A DNA stretch of 64,000 nucleotides, taken from an uncultured Candidatus Binatia bacterium (GTDB lineage Bacteria; Desulfobacterota; Binatia; UBA9968; CAXXLF01). Location of the stretch: NCBI GenBank assembly GCA_965218425.1, contig OZ244621.1:480001-544000 (forward strand), read 5' to 3'. This document shows, in pieces, positions 10,404 through 20,255 of this stretch. Position 1 is the first letter of the stretch. The number at the start of each line of letters is the position of its first letter. The position numbers were made by a program, and so were the translations under genes. The notes under the pieces are model-generated. The model was not told the DNA's origin. It worked only from the letters and a program-made list of their open reading frames with translations, and searched no databases.

Positions 10404-11168
10404 ATGCCATTAACTCTAAACGACTTCGATAAACAGGTTGTGCTCATTTCCGGTGGGGCCATGGGAATCGGACGGGCCACTGCACAGTTGTTCGCCAAAC
10501 GTGGCGCTCAAATTGCATTCTTCGATGTTAGAGAGCCGGAAGGCCGAAAACTCGTAGATGAATTCCGCGCAGAAGGGACAAAGGCATCGTTCTACCCTTG
10601 CAACGTCACCCGCGGGGTGGAGGTGGAGCGAGGGGTTCAAGGAGTATTGCGGGACTTTGGCCAGGTGGATGTACTGGTGAACGTCGCCGGCGGTTCAAAG
10701 CTGACTCCCTTTTGGGAATTGACCGAGGAGGACTGGGATGCCCAGGTTAACCTGAATCTTAAGGCCGCCTTTTTATGCTCTCGAGCCGTTATCCACCATA
10801 TGATGGAGAGGCGACGCGGCGTGATTGTAAGCCTATCGTCGGGCCAGGGGGCCTCACCCGCGCCGGGTCGAGCACCATACTCCGCCGCCAAGGCAGGCAT
10901 CATCGGGTTTACCCGGACCGTTGCCGCAGAAATGGGACCCTACGGCATTCGGGTGAACGCCGTAGCCCCTGGAGCAACAAGAACTGAACGGACGTTGGAA
11001 CAAAATACGACCACTGGAGAGTTGGACCAACGGGTGGCCGCCATCCCTATAGGACGTATAGCGGAGCCCGAAGATATCGGGAACGTAGTGGTTTTTATAG
11101 CTAGCGATTTTGGTCGGCACATGACCGGGCAGGTTTTGTTTGTGAATGGGGGAAATCTGATGCCCTAA
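10404..11168 (+). CDS. SDR family oxidoreductase (FabG-like)
   Basis: SGGAMGIG, VNVAG, YSAAK, VNAVAPG. Confidence 0.93.
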   Translation: MPLTLNDFDKQVVLISGGAMGIGRATAQLFAKRGAQIAFFDVREPEGRKLVDEFRAEGTKASFYPCNVTRGVEVERGVQGVLRDFGQVDVLVNVAGGSKLTPFWELTEEDWDAQVNLNLKAAFLCSRAVIHHMMERRRGVIVSLSSGQGASPAPGRAPYSAAKAGIIGFTRTVAAEMGPYGIRVNAVAPGATRTERTLEQNTTTGELDQRVAAIPIGRIAEPEDIGNVVVFIASDFGRHMTGQVLFVNGGNLMP

Positions 11169-11212
11169 TTCCTGGGGATCGCCGGGACACCTCCTCCCCA
11201 GCTTCACGAACC

Positions 11213-12367
11213 TTACCCATCCCTCGTTTCCGGCATTACCCATTCTTTAAGCGGCCGTCCCTCAGCCAATGCCTTTAGCTCTCTTTGCCAAAGTTTGCGC
11301 CGTAGAAACACCGCACGATCCACCGCGCCCAGATGTTCCCGTGACCGGTCGCAAATTCGCCCCTGCCCTACTTGGGTGACGTAATCCTCCACACGAAACA
11401 ACTCATAGGTGCTCAGTTTCGGATCGAGTTCATGGATGGCCACCTTACCCGCTAAAACTGCTTCCCCCAGCTCCAGCGCCGGAGTCCCAGATTGAGCCAG
11501 GGCCCGCCGGCGGGACAGTTCGTAAGCCTCTGCATCCGCACCCGTAAGGTGAGCCAGATTGATCTCGAAACGGTAGCTGCTGTCGTCATCAACGGGCACC
11601 GCCCATACCATGCGGTCTTCCCAAGCACGATTTGCTTCTGTGCTGCTGGCGCTGGCCATACCAACCCGAACCGTCACCTCGAAGTTGTTGGGCATGATTG
11701 CGAGGATATATTCCTGCGGTTTACCCGAGACCGTGGCGGTCACCTTGACACCATAGGAGGTTTCCTCGCCCGTTACGGCGCGAAGATTTTGCCGGTCCGT
11801 TCTCTTGGCCCGTTTGACGGATTCATTGTGGGTGTAAAAGACATGTCCCATGTCGGGATCATTGTCCAGGCGATTGTAGTAGTTGCAAGGCCAGCTTTCC
11901 GGTGGAAGGGGGATGAGAACCCCTGGTTGGTCGAACTGAGGATAGCGTCTGAAGGGCGGCGGATCACCCTCGCCCAGGTAGGCAAATACGAGTCCCAGAT
12001 ATTCCTGTGTTGGGTATGTCCGAATTTTGACCTTCTCGGCGTAAGTGGCCTCCTCACCCGGCTGTTCCACACATTGGCCGGAACCATCGTATTTCCAACC
12101 GTGGTACCGGCAACGTATACAGTCCCCCTCCACCCAGCCGGTGGAGAGTTGGGTCCCTCTATGGGCGCAACGGAAAGCCACCAGGTGGCAGGTACCCTCC
12201 TCCCCTCGGTACAGGGTGAAGTCTTCGCTCATGATGCGTATGGGTATCGCCTGTCCAGGAGCCAAATCTTCGGCCCGGTAAACGGGTTGCCAGAACAGGC
12301 GCATGTATCTGCCCGCGAGGGTCCCAGGTCCCGTATGCTCGAAATCCGTATAGTCTCCGGCCGCCAT
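11213..12367 (-). CDS. Rieske non-heme iron oxygenase alpha subunit (phthalate 4,5-dioxygenase/O-demethylase-like)
   Basis: CAHR...CRYHGW Rieske motif; DMGHVFYTH and EDYVTQVGQG mononuclear Fe ligands; N-terminal GPGTLAGRYMRLFWQP. Confidence 0.92.
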   Translation of the reverse strand: MAAGDYTDFEHTGPGTLAGRYMRLFWQPVYRAEDLAPGQAIPIRIMSEDFTLYRGEEGTCHLVAFRCAHRGTQLSTGWVEGDCIRCRYHGWKYDGSGQCVEQPGEEATYAEKVKIRTYPTQEYLGLVFAYLGEGDPPPFRRYPQFDQPGVLIPLPPESWPCNYYNRLDNDPDMGHVFYTHNESVKRAKRTDRQNLRAVTGEETSYGVKVTATVSGKPQEYILAIMPNNFEVTVRVGMASASSTEANRAWEDRMVWAVPVDDDSSYRFEINLAHLTGADAEAYELSRRRALAQSGTPALELGEAVLAGKVAIHELDPKLSTYELFRVEDYVTQVGQGRICDRSREHLGAVDRAVFLRRKLWQRELKALAEGRPLKEWVMPETRDG

Positions 12368-12437
12368 ACTGACGCTCCTATAATATAATAATATCCGGGT
12401 GGCTGACTGGCTTTATATCAAACTCACCAAGGAAAGA

Positions 12438-13322
12438 CTACATTACCCTCCGTCTCAAATACGCGCTCAAGTAATCGACGATGGTCACAAGGACGTACAG
12501 AGCAATCAAGAGGGTCAAGAGTTGATGGCCCAGGAAGAGGCTGATGGCGATATGAATCCTCTGACCCAATCCGCCGGCACCAACAAACCCCAGTACCGCA
12601 GCCACCCGGATATTCACCTCCCAACGATAGAGAGTGTAGGAAATGAACTGGGGCATGACCTGGGGAAGAACACCGTATATAAGGATCTGCATTTTACCGG
12701 CACCCATGGACTGAAGCGACTCGACGGGCTGGGGGTCCACGTCCTCCAACACCTCCGCAAAGAGTTTCCCCAGGACTCCCCCCGTATGCACCCCCAGGGC
12801 AAGGACTCCTGGGAAGGGTCCCAGGCCAACGAGAAAAACAAAGATCAACGCCCAGATCATTTCCGGGACGGTGCGGAGAAAATTCAATATCCCCTTTGCG
12901 CACAGATAGGGAAGGATACGCGCCAGACGCTTCCAACGCCCATCTCCTTCCATCTCATAGAGGAGGCCTGAGTAAACCAGGTTACGGGAGGCGAAAAACA
13001 CCAGCAACAGGGCGATGACAGCAGCCATGAGGATTCCCACGAAGGATATGGCAAAGGTCTCCATGGCACCCATGGCCGCATCCACCAGCACGCCTTTGGA
13101 CAAGTCCGGTGGAAACAGCCCCTCGATGTAAACATAGATCTGTCCGGCCCCATCCCGGCTAAACAATTGGCCAAGGTGGATTTCCGAACCTTGATAACTC
13201 CAAACGAATAACGCGGCCACGAGAGCTAGAAAGAAATAAACTCGCAGCGACGACCCACGGGATACTCGATGTTGATTCCACGGCTGATCCGCGTAGGTTG
13301 TCCTCAAGGGGCCATTACTCAT
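12438..13322 (-). CDS. phnE: PhnE/PtxC-family ABC permease
   Basis: LRTVPEMIWALIFV..VGLGPFPGVLAL and YRWEVNIR motifs. Confidence 0.88.
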   Translation of the reverse strand: MSNGPLRTTYADQPWNQHRVSRGSSLRVYFFLALVAALFVWSYQGSEIHLGQLFSRDGAGQIYVYIEGLFPPDLSKGVLVDAAMGAMETFAISFVGILMAAVIALLLVFFASRNLVYSGLLYEMEGDGRWKRLARILPYLCAKGILNFLRTVPEMIWALIFVFLVGLGPFPGVLALGVHTGGVLGKLFAEVLEDVDPQPVESLQSMGAGKMQILIYGVLPQVMPQFISYTLYRWEVNIRVAAVLGFVGAGGLGQRIHIAISLFLGHQLLTLLIALYVLVTIVDYLSAYLRRRVM

Positions 13323-14158
13323 AACAGACCCCGTATCTTGGCGCTGATATAGTCCGCGGCTGACACCAAAATAAAAAGCATACCCAAGAGTGTCAGCACT
13401 TCGTGGAAGTTGAACATACGCATGGATATTTCAATCTGCTGACCCAAACCGCCCGCGCCCACCAGGCCTAAGATTGCCGACGTCCGCACCGCGCACTCCC
13501 AGCGATAGAGGGTATAGGAAACAAAATTGGGTAACACCTGAGGAAACCACCCGTAGAAAAAAATCTGCAGTTTGCTGGCACCTGTGGACTGGAGAGCCTC
13601 CAGGGGCCGGGTATTCACGGACTCGAAAATCTCTGAATAAACCTTTCCGAGCATCCCTCCATAGGCCACGCCAATGGCGAGAACCCCCGGGAAAGGCCCC
13701 AATCCCACGGCGCGCACAAACATGAAGGCCCATACGAACTCGGGTATGCAACGGAACAGGCTGAGTACGGCGCGGGCAAGAGAGTACACCATCACCCTCA
13801 GGCTGTAACGGGTTAAGGAACCCTGAACTTCGGCTTCATTGAGGACACCTCGAAAAACCAACGTACTGGTGGCCAGCAGCCCGAGGGGAAATCCGATCAT
13901 CACGGCAATCAGGGTCCCCATAACCGAAATCTGAACGGTTTCCATGGCAGGCCCGACCATAAAGAAGAGAAAGTCCCAGGAGAGCTCCGGTGGAAACATG
14001 CCGGTGATAAAACTCGATAGGTGTTCCCTTCCCTCCTTTTCAAAAAAAATTAGAAAATTGACTTCCGCCCGCCGCCAACTATCCACCAGCGCAACGAGAA
14101 AGAATATTCCAAAGATGTAGGGGAAATGAGAGGTTTGTCGTTTTCCCAGATCGACCAT
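13319..14158 (-). CDS. phnE: PhnE/PtxC-family ABC permease
   Basis: FRCIPEFVWA..VGLGPFPGVLA and YRWECAVR; overlaps the next gene by 4 nt. Confidence 0.88.
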   Translation of the reverse strand: MVDLGKRQTSHFPYIFGIFFLVALVDSWRRAEVNFLIFFEKEGREHLSSFITGMFPPELSWDFLFFMVGPAMETVQISVMGTLIAVMIGFPLGLLATSTLVFRGVLNEAEVQGSLTRYSLRVMVYSLARAVLSLFRCIPEFVWAFMFVRAVGLGPFPGVLAIGVAYGGMLGKVYSEIFESVNTRPLEALQSTGASKLQIFFYGWFPQVLPNFVSYTLYRWECAVRTSAILGLVGAGGLGQQIEISMRMFNFHEVLTLLGMLFILVSAADYISAKIRGLL

Positions 14159-14314
14159 GTTGAATCCGGAGGCTTACGTAGAAAAAAGGTCCGCGTCCTT
14201 GAAAAAGTCGTCCATCAGGAACTGGGCATTGCCTTTCTTAATACGGTCACGGTCTCGGGTCATGATTCTCGAGAACCATTAACTGACTAGCCTGGGGAAA
14301 AAGTGTATTGACCT

Positions 14315-15118
14315 TTAGCTACAGACACGGAGGGTATGCTCTTTGGTTGGAGATTCATCTTGCCCGTTTTCGGGAAGATGACCTGAATAGAGTTCCTCCA
14401 GCAGCTCGTCGCTCACCTTATCTGGGGTAAGATCGAATAGAGCGTTACCGTTCTTGATGCCGATGATACGGGGAAAGTTTGACAGGGCAAGGTCAATACT
14501 GTGAAGATTGACCATGAGGGTCTTTTGCATATTCTGACTGATTTCGATCAGTAATTTCACGATACTTGAAGCCAGGGAAGGATCCACCGAGGAAACCGGT
14601 TCATCGGCGAGAATCACCTCTGGATTCTGTACCAGCACCCGGGCAATGGCCACCCTCTGCTGCTGGCCTCCAGACAGCTCATCGGTACGGCTAAAAATCT
14701 TGTCTTCGATGCCGACATTCTTTAGCGCCTCATAGGCGCTCTCGATACCCACCGGCCGTACAAGCGACGCCATAGAACGAACCAGGGACCAGCGACCGAG
14801 ATGCCCGCAAAGGACGTTGTGCACCACCTTTAATCGCGGCACCAGGTTGTGCTGTTGATAGATCGTACCGATCTTTCGACGGACTTCCCTGAGCCTTGGA
14901 CCATGCAGGCCACCTGTGTCGTCCCCATTGATCCACAGCTTTCCGGAGGAGGGCCTCAAGGTGCAGTTGAGCATGCGAAAGAGGGTGGTCTTACCGGCCC
15001 CGCTGGGTCCGATGAGCGCCACCCTCTCCCCGTTCCTAACGTTCAAACTGATGTCGCCAACGGCAACCTGATGCCGGGCAAATACCTTTGCGACACCTTC
15101 CAGACGGTACTGGTACAA
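14315..15118 (-). CDS. phnC: PhnC-family ABC ATP-binding protein
   Basis: GPSGAGKT, LSGGQQQRVAIAR, ILADEPVSSVDP. Confidence 0.9.
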   Translation of the reverse strand: MYQYRLEGVAKVFARHQVAVGDISLNVRNGERVALIGPSGAGKTTLFRMLNCTLRPSSGKLWINGDDTGGLHGPRLREVRRKIGTIYQQHNLVPRLKVVHNVLCGHLGRWSLVRSMASLVRPVGIESAYEALKNVGIEDKIFSRTDELSGGQQQRVAIARVLVQNPEVILADEPVSSVDPSLASSIVKLLIEISQNMQKTLMVNLHSIDLALSNFPRIIGIKNGNALFDLTPDKVSDELLEELYSGHLPENGQDESPTKEHTLRVCS

Positions 15119-15133
15119 GGCCCTAGCTCAATC

Positions 15134-15997
15134 CTAGTTGGTTTTTAACATCCCCGCGGCAATGGCTGCCTTCTCGATCCCCTCCCACTGGGAATCCTTG
15201 GCGGGAACGTATCCTTTGGTTCGGTGTAACTTCAGCAGCTTCTTATGAGCTGGTTTATTATCATCGAGCTTGAGAAATGCCTTGGAGATCTTCTTGACCA
15301 ATTCCTGGTCGATCCCACCCCTGATGACCCAAACGTAATCCACGTAGTCAGGAGTGGTCCAAAACACTTCAACTTTGCCCGTGTCGACCTTCCTGTTCTT
15401 AAGCAGTTTGTCCCAGACCAAGAAGTTAAGGGCACCGGCGTCGACTCTCCCCGCTTCCACCCAGGCAGCCGTTGCATCGTGCGCGCCACTAAAGGCGAAC
15501 TTGGCAAAATCCTTTTCCGGATTGATCCCCGCCTGCCACAAAAAGTAACGCGGCATCAAGTGTCCCGACGTGGAACTGACACTACCAAAGGCGAAGGTCT
15601 TTCCTTCAAGGTCCTTCAAGGATCGAATGCCGGATCCCTTGCGGGTAATAAACTTGCTTTTGAACTTTGCGTCCTCCTTGCGCATGATGATTCGCTGGGC
15701 GTCCTTGGCCCGGCGAGCCGCTTGAACCGACGTGAATCCTCCGTACCACACCAGATCCAGCCGATTGGCCGCGAGGCCTTCCACCGTCGCCGCGTAGTCC
15801 ACCACGGGAACGAATTTAACGGGAATGCCGATCTCTTTGGACAGATACTTGGCAAAGGGCTTATAGATACGCAAGAGTTCCTGAGGGTTTTCGTCCGGAA
15901 TTGCGGACACCCTCAACTCGGTCAATTTTTCTTGAGCCGGAAGTTGTACGGCCACCAATAGAAAGGCAATTGCCATCCAACTGTGGCGAAATTTCAT
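15134..15997 (-). CDS. PhnD-like substrate-binding protein, resembles the putative selenate ABC transporter binding-protein subfamily
   Basis: Signal peptide; SAIPDENP, DYAATVE, WYGGFT, STSGHLMP, SGAHDAT; GGAGG RBS before ATG at 15997. Confidence 0.8.
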   Translation of the reverse strand: MKFRHSWMAIAFLLVAVQLPAQEKLTELRVSAIPDENPQELLRIYKPFAKYLSKEIGIPVKFVPVVDYAATVEGLAANRLDLVWYGGFTSVQAARRAKDAQRIIMRKEDAKFKSKFITRKGSGIRSLKDLEGKTFAFGSVSSTSGHLMPRYFLWQAGINPEKDFAKFAFSGAHDATAAWVEAGRVDAGALNFLVWDKLLKNRKVDTGKVEVFWTTPDYVDYVWVIRGGIDQELVKKISKAFLKLDDNKPAHKKLLKLHRTKGYVPAKDSQWEGIEKAAIAAGMLKTN

Positions 15998-16035
15998 AGG
16001 AGCACCTCCGTGGTTGGAAAACCACAACAGTTAAT

Positions 16036-16072
16036 TATGATAGCGCCTATATGTCAAATAGAAAATACCTAT
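16036..16072. promoter_or_regulatory. LysR-type operator (ATAG-N7-CTAT) adjacent to a TTGACA -35 on the minus strand
   Basis: ATAGAAAATACCTAT at 16058-16072; second CTAT half-site 22 bp away (16047-16050); tgtcaa at 16052-16057; lies upstream of the ABC operon. Confidence 0.55.
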
Positions 16073-16154
16073 AATGACCCATAACGTCCAGGTAAATCCT
16101 ATGGATCCTCAACAGCGAGACATCCACGCAGACCTTGCCAGGGCTCCGGCTGAT

Positions 16155-17069
16155 TTATGGCCGCTGTTTCAAAAAGTGAACGAACGCAAGTGAAACCGGC
16201 GAAAGAAGGTGGCTACGATGATAAACTTGATAGAAGTCCCGTTCTAGCTTGAATCCTCGAATAGGGACAACCTTGAGGAAACCGTCCTGGACGTCCCTGT
16301 GGATGGATGTCCTGGAGAGGATGGAAACTCCCAGTCCGGCAATGAGAGCCTCTTTGATGGCGGCAGTGCTGCCCAGCTCCATGGTCAGGTTGAGTAATTT
16401 TTCCGGCGCATATCCTTTCCTGGCCAGCTGGCTCTTAAAGGAACGTAGGGTCCCCGAACCTCCTTCCCGTGAAATATAATTCACCTGGGAGAGGTCTTTT
16501 ATTTCAATAGATTTGACGCGACTCCATGGATGGTTCTTGGGAACCACTAAAACCATCTCATCCCTCCAAATCCGATGGAAGGACAGCCTTCGGTCCTCGC
16601 CCTTGAAGCCCACGAAACCCACCTCCACCTTGCCGTCCATAACCTCTTCCAAGATCCCGGCGGAGTCGCCGATCCTGAGAACCGGTTTGACCTCGGGGAA
16701 CTGCCGGATAAAGGCCCCCAGTATGCCCGGCAGGATGTATTCCCCGGGGATATTGCTGCCACCCACGCGCAGCACACCCCTGACCTTCCCCTGGAACCCA
16801 TCCACGGCTGCCAAGGTTTCCCGCTTCAACTCGAGCAAAACCCGGGCTCTTTCCAAAAGGAGACGACCGAGATTTGTGGTGGTCACCTCACCCCCCACGC
16901 GGCTCAGGAGCTTCGACCCAAGACTCTCCTCTAGCTCACGGACATGCGCGCTTACAGTGGGCTGTCGGAGTAAGAGGTGCTCCGCGGCAAGAGAAAAGTT
17001 CTTGAGTTCCGCAACCCAATAAAACACCTCCAGTTTGTGGAGATCCAACTCGCCTTTGACTTTGGACAT
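16155..17069 (-). CDS. LysR-family regulator (CysL-like; resembles selenium-metabolism-associated LysR proteins)
   Basis: HTH FSLAAEHLLLRQPTVSAHVRELE; GGSNIPGEYILP; REGGSGT; start set at MSKVKG. Confidence 0.88.
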   Translation of the reverse strand: MSKVKGELDLHKLEVFYWVAELKNFSLAAEHLLLRQPTVSAHVRELEESLGSKLLSRVGGEVTTTNLGRLLLERARVLLELKRETLAAVDGFQGKVRGVLRVGGSNIPGEYILPGILGAFIRQFPEVKPVLRIGDSAGILEEVMDGKVEVGFVGFKGEDRRLSFHRIWRDEMVLVVPKNHPWSRVKSIEIKDLSQVNYISREGGSGTLRSFKSQLARKGYAPEKLLNLTMELGSTAAIKEALIAGLGVSILSRTSIHRDVQDGFLKVVPIRGFKLERDFYQVYHRSHLLSPVSLAFVHFLKQRP

Positions 17070-17161
17070 GCCCTTCACTTCCCCCTTGGACCTCTCTGCT
17101 AACAAAATGCACCCCATGAGCCCCAAGGGCGGGTTCACCGGACAAAGATCTCTTTGCAGAC

Positions 17162-17407
17162 CTATTGGGTAAGGACTTTTCTGGCGAGACCACGTACTTG
17201 AGCCGTAACGGGGCGCATGGAATACACAACCGTTTCCCAGATCTCATCGTCTGTTGCACCGTGCTTGCGAGCCTCCCCGAGATGACGCTTAACTCCCGAT
17301 TCATTTCCAATGGCCAGGTTAACCGCGAATCGGATCAATTCGCCCACCTTGGGTTCCAAGGAACCTTCCTTAAACTTGACTTCAAAAAATTCCGCTTCCT
17401 TAGCCAT
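17162..17407 (-). CDS. Small carboxymuconolactone decarboxylase/AhpD-like protein (81 aa, no Cys)
   Basis: GSLEPKVGELIRFAV...HLGEARKHGATDDEIWE pattern; AGGAGG RBS. Confidence 0.7.
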   Translation of the reverse strand: MAKEAEFFEVKFKEGSLEPKVGELIRFAVNLAIGNESGVKRHLGEARKHGATDDEIWETVVYSMRPVTAQVRGLARKVLTQ

Positions 17408-17601
17408 GGGTATGCCTCCTTTATTTTGGAAGTATTCTCTCTTGAGGGTAGGGTTTACCGCGTTCGCGCAGACAAGTCTACCCTGGTGACAAACTGAAAG
17501 TGACAAATTCTGAGGGCCCTCATCACACGCTAGAACCGAGCTAGTCCCTCCAGAGAACCCTCATTGCCTTTGTTCGCCGTGGCGGTTATCATCTTTGTAT
17601 T

Positions 17602-18693
17602 ATGTTCAGAACCATGGTCAAAGCCTCCCTCCTTGAGAACATTCATAAGGCCAATGGAGCCGAGTTCCGAGCTGAGGACGGTTGGCGCCTTCCACTCCAT
17701 TTCGGCGCTCCCCTCGATGAATACCAAGCCGTTCGCTCGCGGGTGGGTCTCTTGGATCACTGCAATCGTAGCCTTCTCCGTTTTACCGGTGAGGACAGGG
17801 TCCCTTTCCTCCAGGGCATGGTTTCCAATGATGTAACAAAGCTACGCCCAGGCCAAGGTATGTTCGCAACCTTTGCCGACGTCCAGGGAAAGCTACTGGC
17901 CGATACGGAAATATTCTGCACGGAGGACTCATTCTTGGTGAAACTCTTCGAATCATTGAGCAATAAGATACAGACTCATCTCCAAAAGTACCTCATTGCA
18001 GACGATGTGGAGATTGCCGACCTGGCGGATGAATATGGGATCATGTCCCTTCAGGGAACCGAATCAACCCCATTGCTGGAGGAACTGTCCGATTCAAAGG
18101 CCTTGCCCGACCAAGAGCTGAGTCATGGAGAGTTTCAAATGGGTATCCACAGTTGCCGCCTCGTGCGAGCGTCCCACACAGGGGAAACCGGATATGACCT
18201 TTGGATCACCCCAAATGACCTTCCCGCACTGGCGGCATTAATACAAGAAAAGGGCCGAGCCTTTTCCGCGCAATGGGTGGGCATGGAGGCCCAAGAGATC
18301 CTCAGGGTTGAGGCAGGAATCCCCCGTTACGGTGTGGACATGGACCAAGAAAACCTCGTACTGGAGACGAACCTGGAGGATTCCGTGAATTTTGACAAGG
18401 GCTGCTACCTAGGCCAAGAGGTGATCGAAAGAATCCACTCCCGGGGTCATGTGAACAGGAAGCTCGTGGGCATGGTCCTTGAGGGAGAAAGCCCAGCCCA
18501 GAGAGGGGATCCAATCAAAGCGGAAACCAAAGAGGTAGGAAGGGTAACGAGTTCTGTCTTTTCACCCCTGCTTAAACGGCCCCTGGCGCTGGGTTATGTC
18601 CAAAAGAGTTGTACCCCTCCCGGGACCTCCGTCATCATCGGAACGGAAAAACCCGTTACCGCCACCATTTCTCCCCTTCCCTTCAGCCGGTAA
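17602..18693 (+). CDS. ygfZ: GcvT/YgfZ-family folate-binding protein
   Basis: KGCYLGQE signature and GcvT-like N- and C-terminal regions; start may be 17614. Confidence 0.85.
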   Translation: MFRTMVKASLLENIHKANGAEFRAEDGWRLPLHFGAPLDEYQAVRSRVGLLDHCNRSLLRFTGEDRVPFLQGMVSNDVTKLRPGQGMFATFADVQGKLLADTEIFCTEDSFLVKLFESLSNKIQTHLQKYLIADDVEIADLADEYGIMSLQGTESTPLLEELSDSKALPDQELSHGEFQMGIHSCRLVRASHTGETGYDLWITPNDLPALAALIQEKGRAFSAQWVGMEAQEILRVEAGIPRYGVDMDQENLVLETNLEDSVNFDKGCYLGQEVIERIHSRGHVNRKLVGMVLEGESPAQRGDPIKAETKEVGRVTSSVFSPLLKRPLALGYVQKSCTPPGTSVIIGTEKPVTATISPLPFSR

Positions 18694-18802
18694 CACTTTG
18701 CCACCGCTTCGTACCTGACCGGTGTAATTTTTTGCATTCCCCGCTAGCTGCAAAGAGAGTATGATCTTATAAAAGCAGTTAATACTTGAGGAGGAAGTTT
18801 CA

Positions 18803-19801
18803 ATGGCAACACGCATCGCAATCAACGGATTCGGTCGAATTGGGCGCCTGTGCCTGCGTTCCATGCTGGAACGACACAGAGACCTATCCGTTGTGGCGAT
18901 CAATGACATGGCCGACCTGGAGACCAACGCGCACCTGTTGCAATACGATTCCACCTATGGAAATTTTTCCGGCTCCTTGAGCATCGGCGAGGGAGTCCTC
19001 AAAGTCAACGGTTCGAATATTGCGGTTCTTAACGAGAAGGACCCCACAAGGCTGCCCTGGAAAAAACTCGGTGTGGATATCGTTATCGAGTCAACGGGAG
19101 TTTTTACCGACGGGCTCAAAGCACGAATCCATATCGAGGCGGGGGCTAAAAAAGTTCTCATAACCGCACCGGCAAAAAATGAAGACCTCACCGTAGTTTT
19201 GGGAGTGAACGACAGCGCCTATAACCCCAAAAAGCATCAGATCGTATCAAATGCATCCTGTACCACCAACTGCTTGGCCCCTGTGGTGAAAACCCTTCAT
19301 GACAAGTTTGGCATAGCAAGAGGCCTGATGACCACCACCCACGCCTATACCAACGACCAGCGGATCCTGGACCTGATGCATAAGGATCTGAGGAGGGCGC
19401 GGGCTGCTGGGATGAATATTGTTCCCACCACCACAGGTGCAGCCGTCGCCATTGGACTGGTGATACCGGAAATGCGTGGGAAACTCGACGGTCTCTCGCT
19501 TCGGGTCCCCACATCAACGGTATCCATTGTCGACCTGGTGTTGGATCTCAAGCGAGCCACATCCACCGAAGAAATTAACAATGCGCTGAAAAAAACGGCT
19601 GAGAGTATGCTCCTGGGCATTATGGCTTACACCGACAAGCCGCTAGTTTCCAGCGACTTCCGCGGCAATCCGGCGTCGTCCATTGTGGATGGCCTATCCA
19701 CCACTGTACTGCATGGGAAAATGGCCAAGGTGCTCGCCTGGTATGATAATGAGTGGGGTTATAGCTGTAGGGTTGGCGACCTGGCCGCTCGCATGATATG
19801 A
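18803..19801 (+). CDS. gap: Type I glyceraldehyde-3-phosphate dehydrogenase
   Basis: INGFGRIGR, ASCTTNCL, WYDNEWGY. Confidence 0.98.
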   Translation: MATRIAINGFGRIGRLCLRSMLERHRDLSVVAINDMADLETNAHLLQYDSTYGNFSGSLSIGEGVLKVNGSNIAVLNEKDPTRLPWKKLGVDIVIESTGVFTDGLKARIHIEAGAKKVLITAPAKNEDLTVVLGVNDSAYNPKKHQIVSNASCTTNCLAPVVKTLHDKFGIARGLMTTTHAYTNDQRILDLMHKDLRRARAAGMNIVPTTTGAAVAIGLVIPEMRGKLDGLSLRVPTSTVSIVDLVLDLKRATSTEEINNALKKTAESMLLGIMAYTDKPLVSSDFRGNPASSIVDGLSTTVLHGKMAKVLAWYDNEWGYSCRVGDLAARMI

Positions 19802-19826
19802 CAGAATCCCTACAAGGAGAGATTCC

Positions 19827-20216
19827 ATGGTTGCCGTCGACATCATGACCAAGAAGGTGATTACCGTGAGCCCCACCACCAGTGTCAAGGATTTGGCCAA
19901 GGCGCTGACAAAAAACAAGATCAGCGGTGCACCGGTTACGGATAAAAACGGGAAACTTCTCGGCATCGTTTCCCGCACTGATGTGGTAGCTAAGAGCGGC
20001 GCAAAGGTCAAAGATATTATGAGCAAGGACCTTATCAGTGCCAATGAAGACACCCCCGTGGAGGAGATTGCCAACCTCCTTACCACCCACAGGATCAATC
20101 GCGTGCCAGTCCTACGAGGGAAAAAATTGGTGGGAATAGTGAGCAGGACCGATATCGTCAGGGCCATCGCCATGGGGAAGCACATCGCGCTGCACACCCC
20201 CATCTATGACCTCTAG
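19827..20216 (+). CDS. CBS domain pair protein
   Basis: Two repeats: ISGAPV...GIVSRTDV and INRVPV...GIVSRTDI. Confidence 0.9.
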   Translation: MVAVDIMTKKVITVSPTTSVKDLAKALTKNKISGAPVTDKNGKLLGIVSRTDVVAKSGAKVKDIMSKDLISANEDTPVEEIANLLTTHRINRVPVLRGKKLVGIVSRTDIVRAIAMGKHIALHTPIYDL

Positions 20217-20255
20217 CAGCGACCACTCCACGGAAACGAGTATTCCTTAGCTCGA

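Noticed and set aside
11492..12388. 298-aa plus-strand ORF
   Set aside because: Antisense shadow of the Rieske oxygenase; no recognisable motifs.
14170..14265. 29-codon ORF between phnC and phnE
   Set aside because: Too short, no clear RBS or motif.
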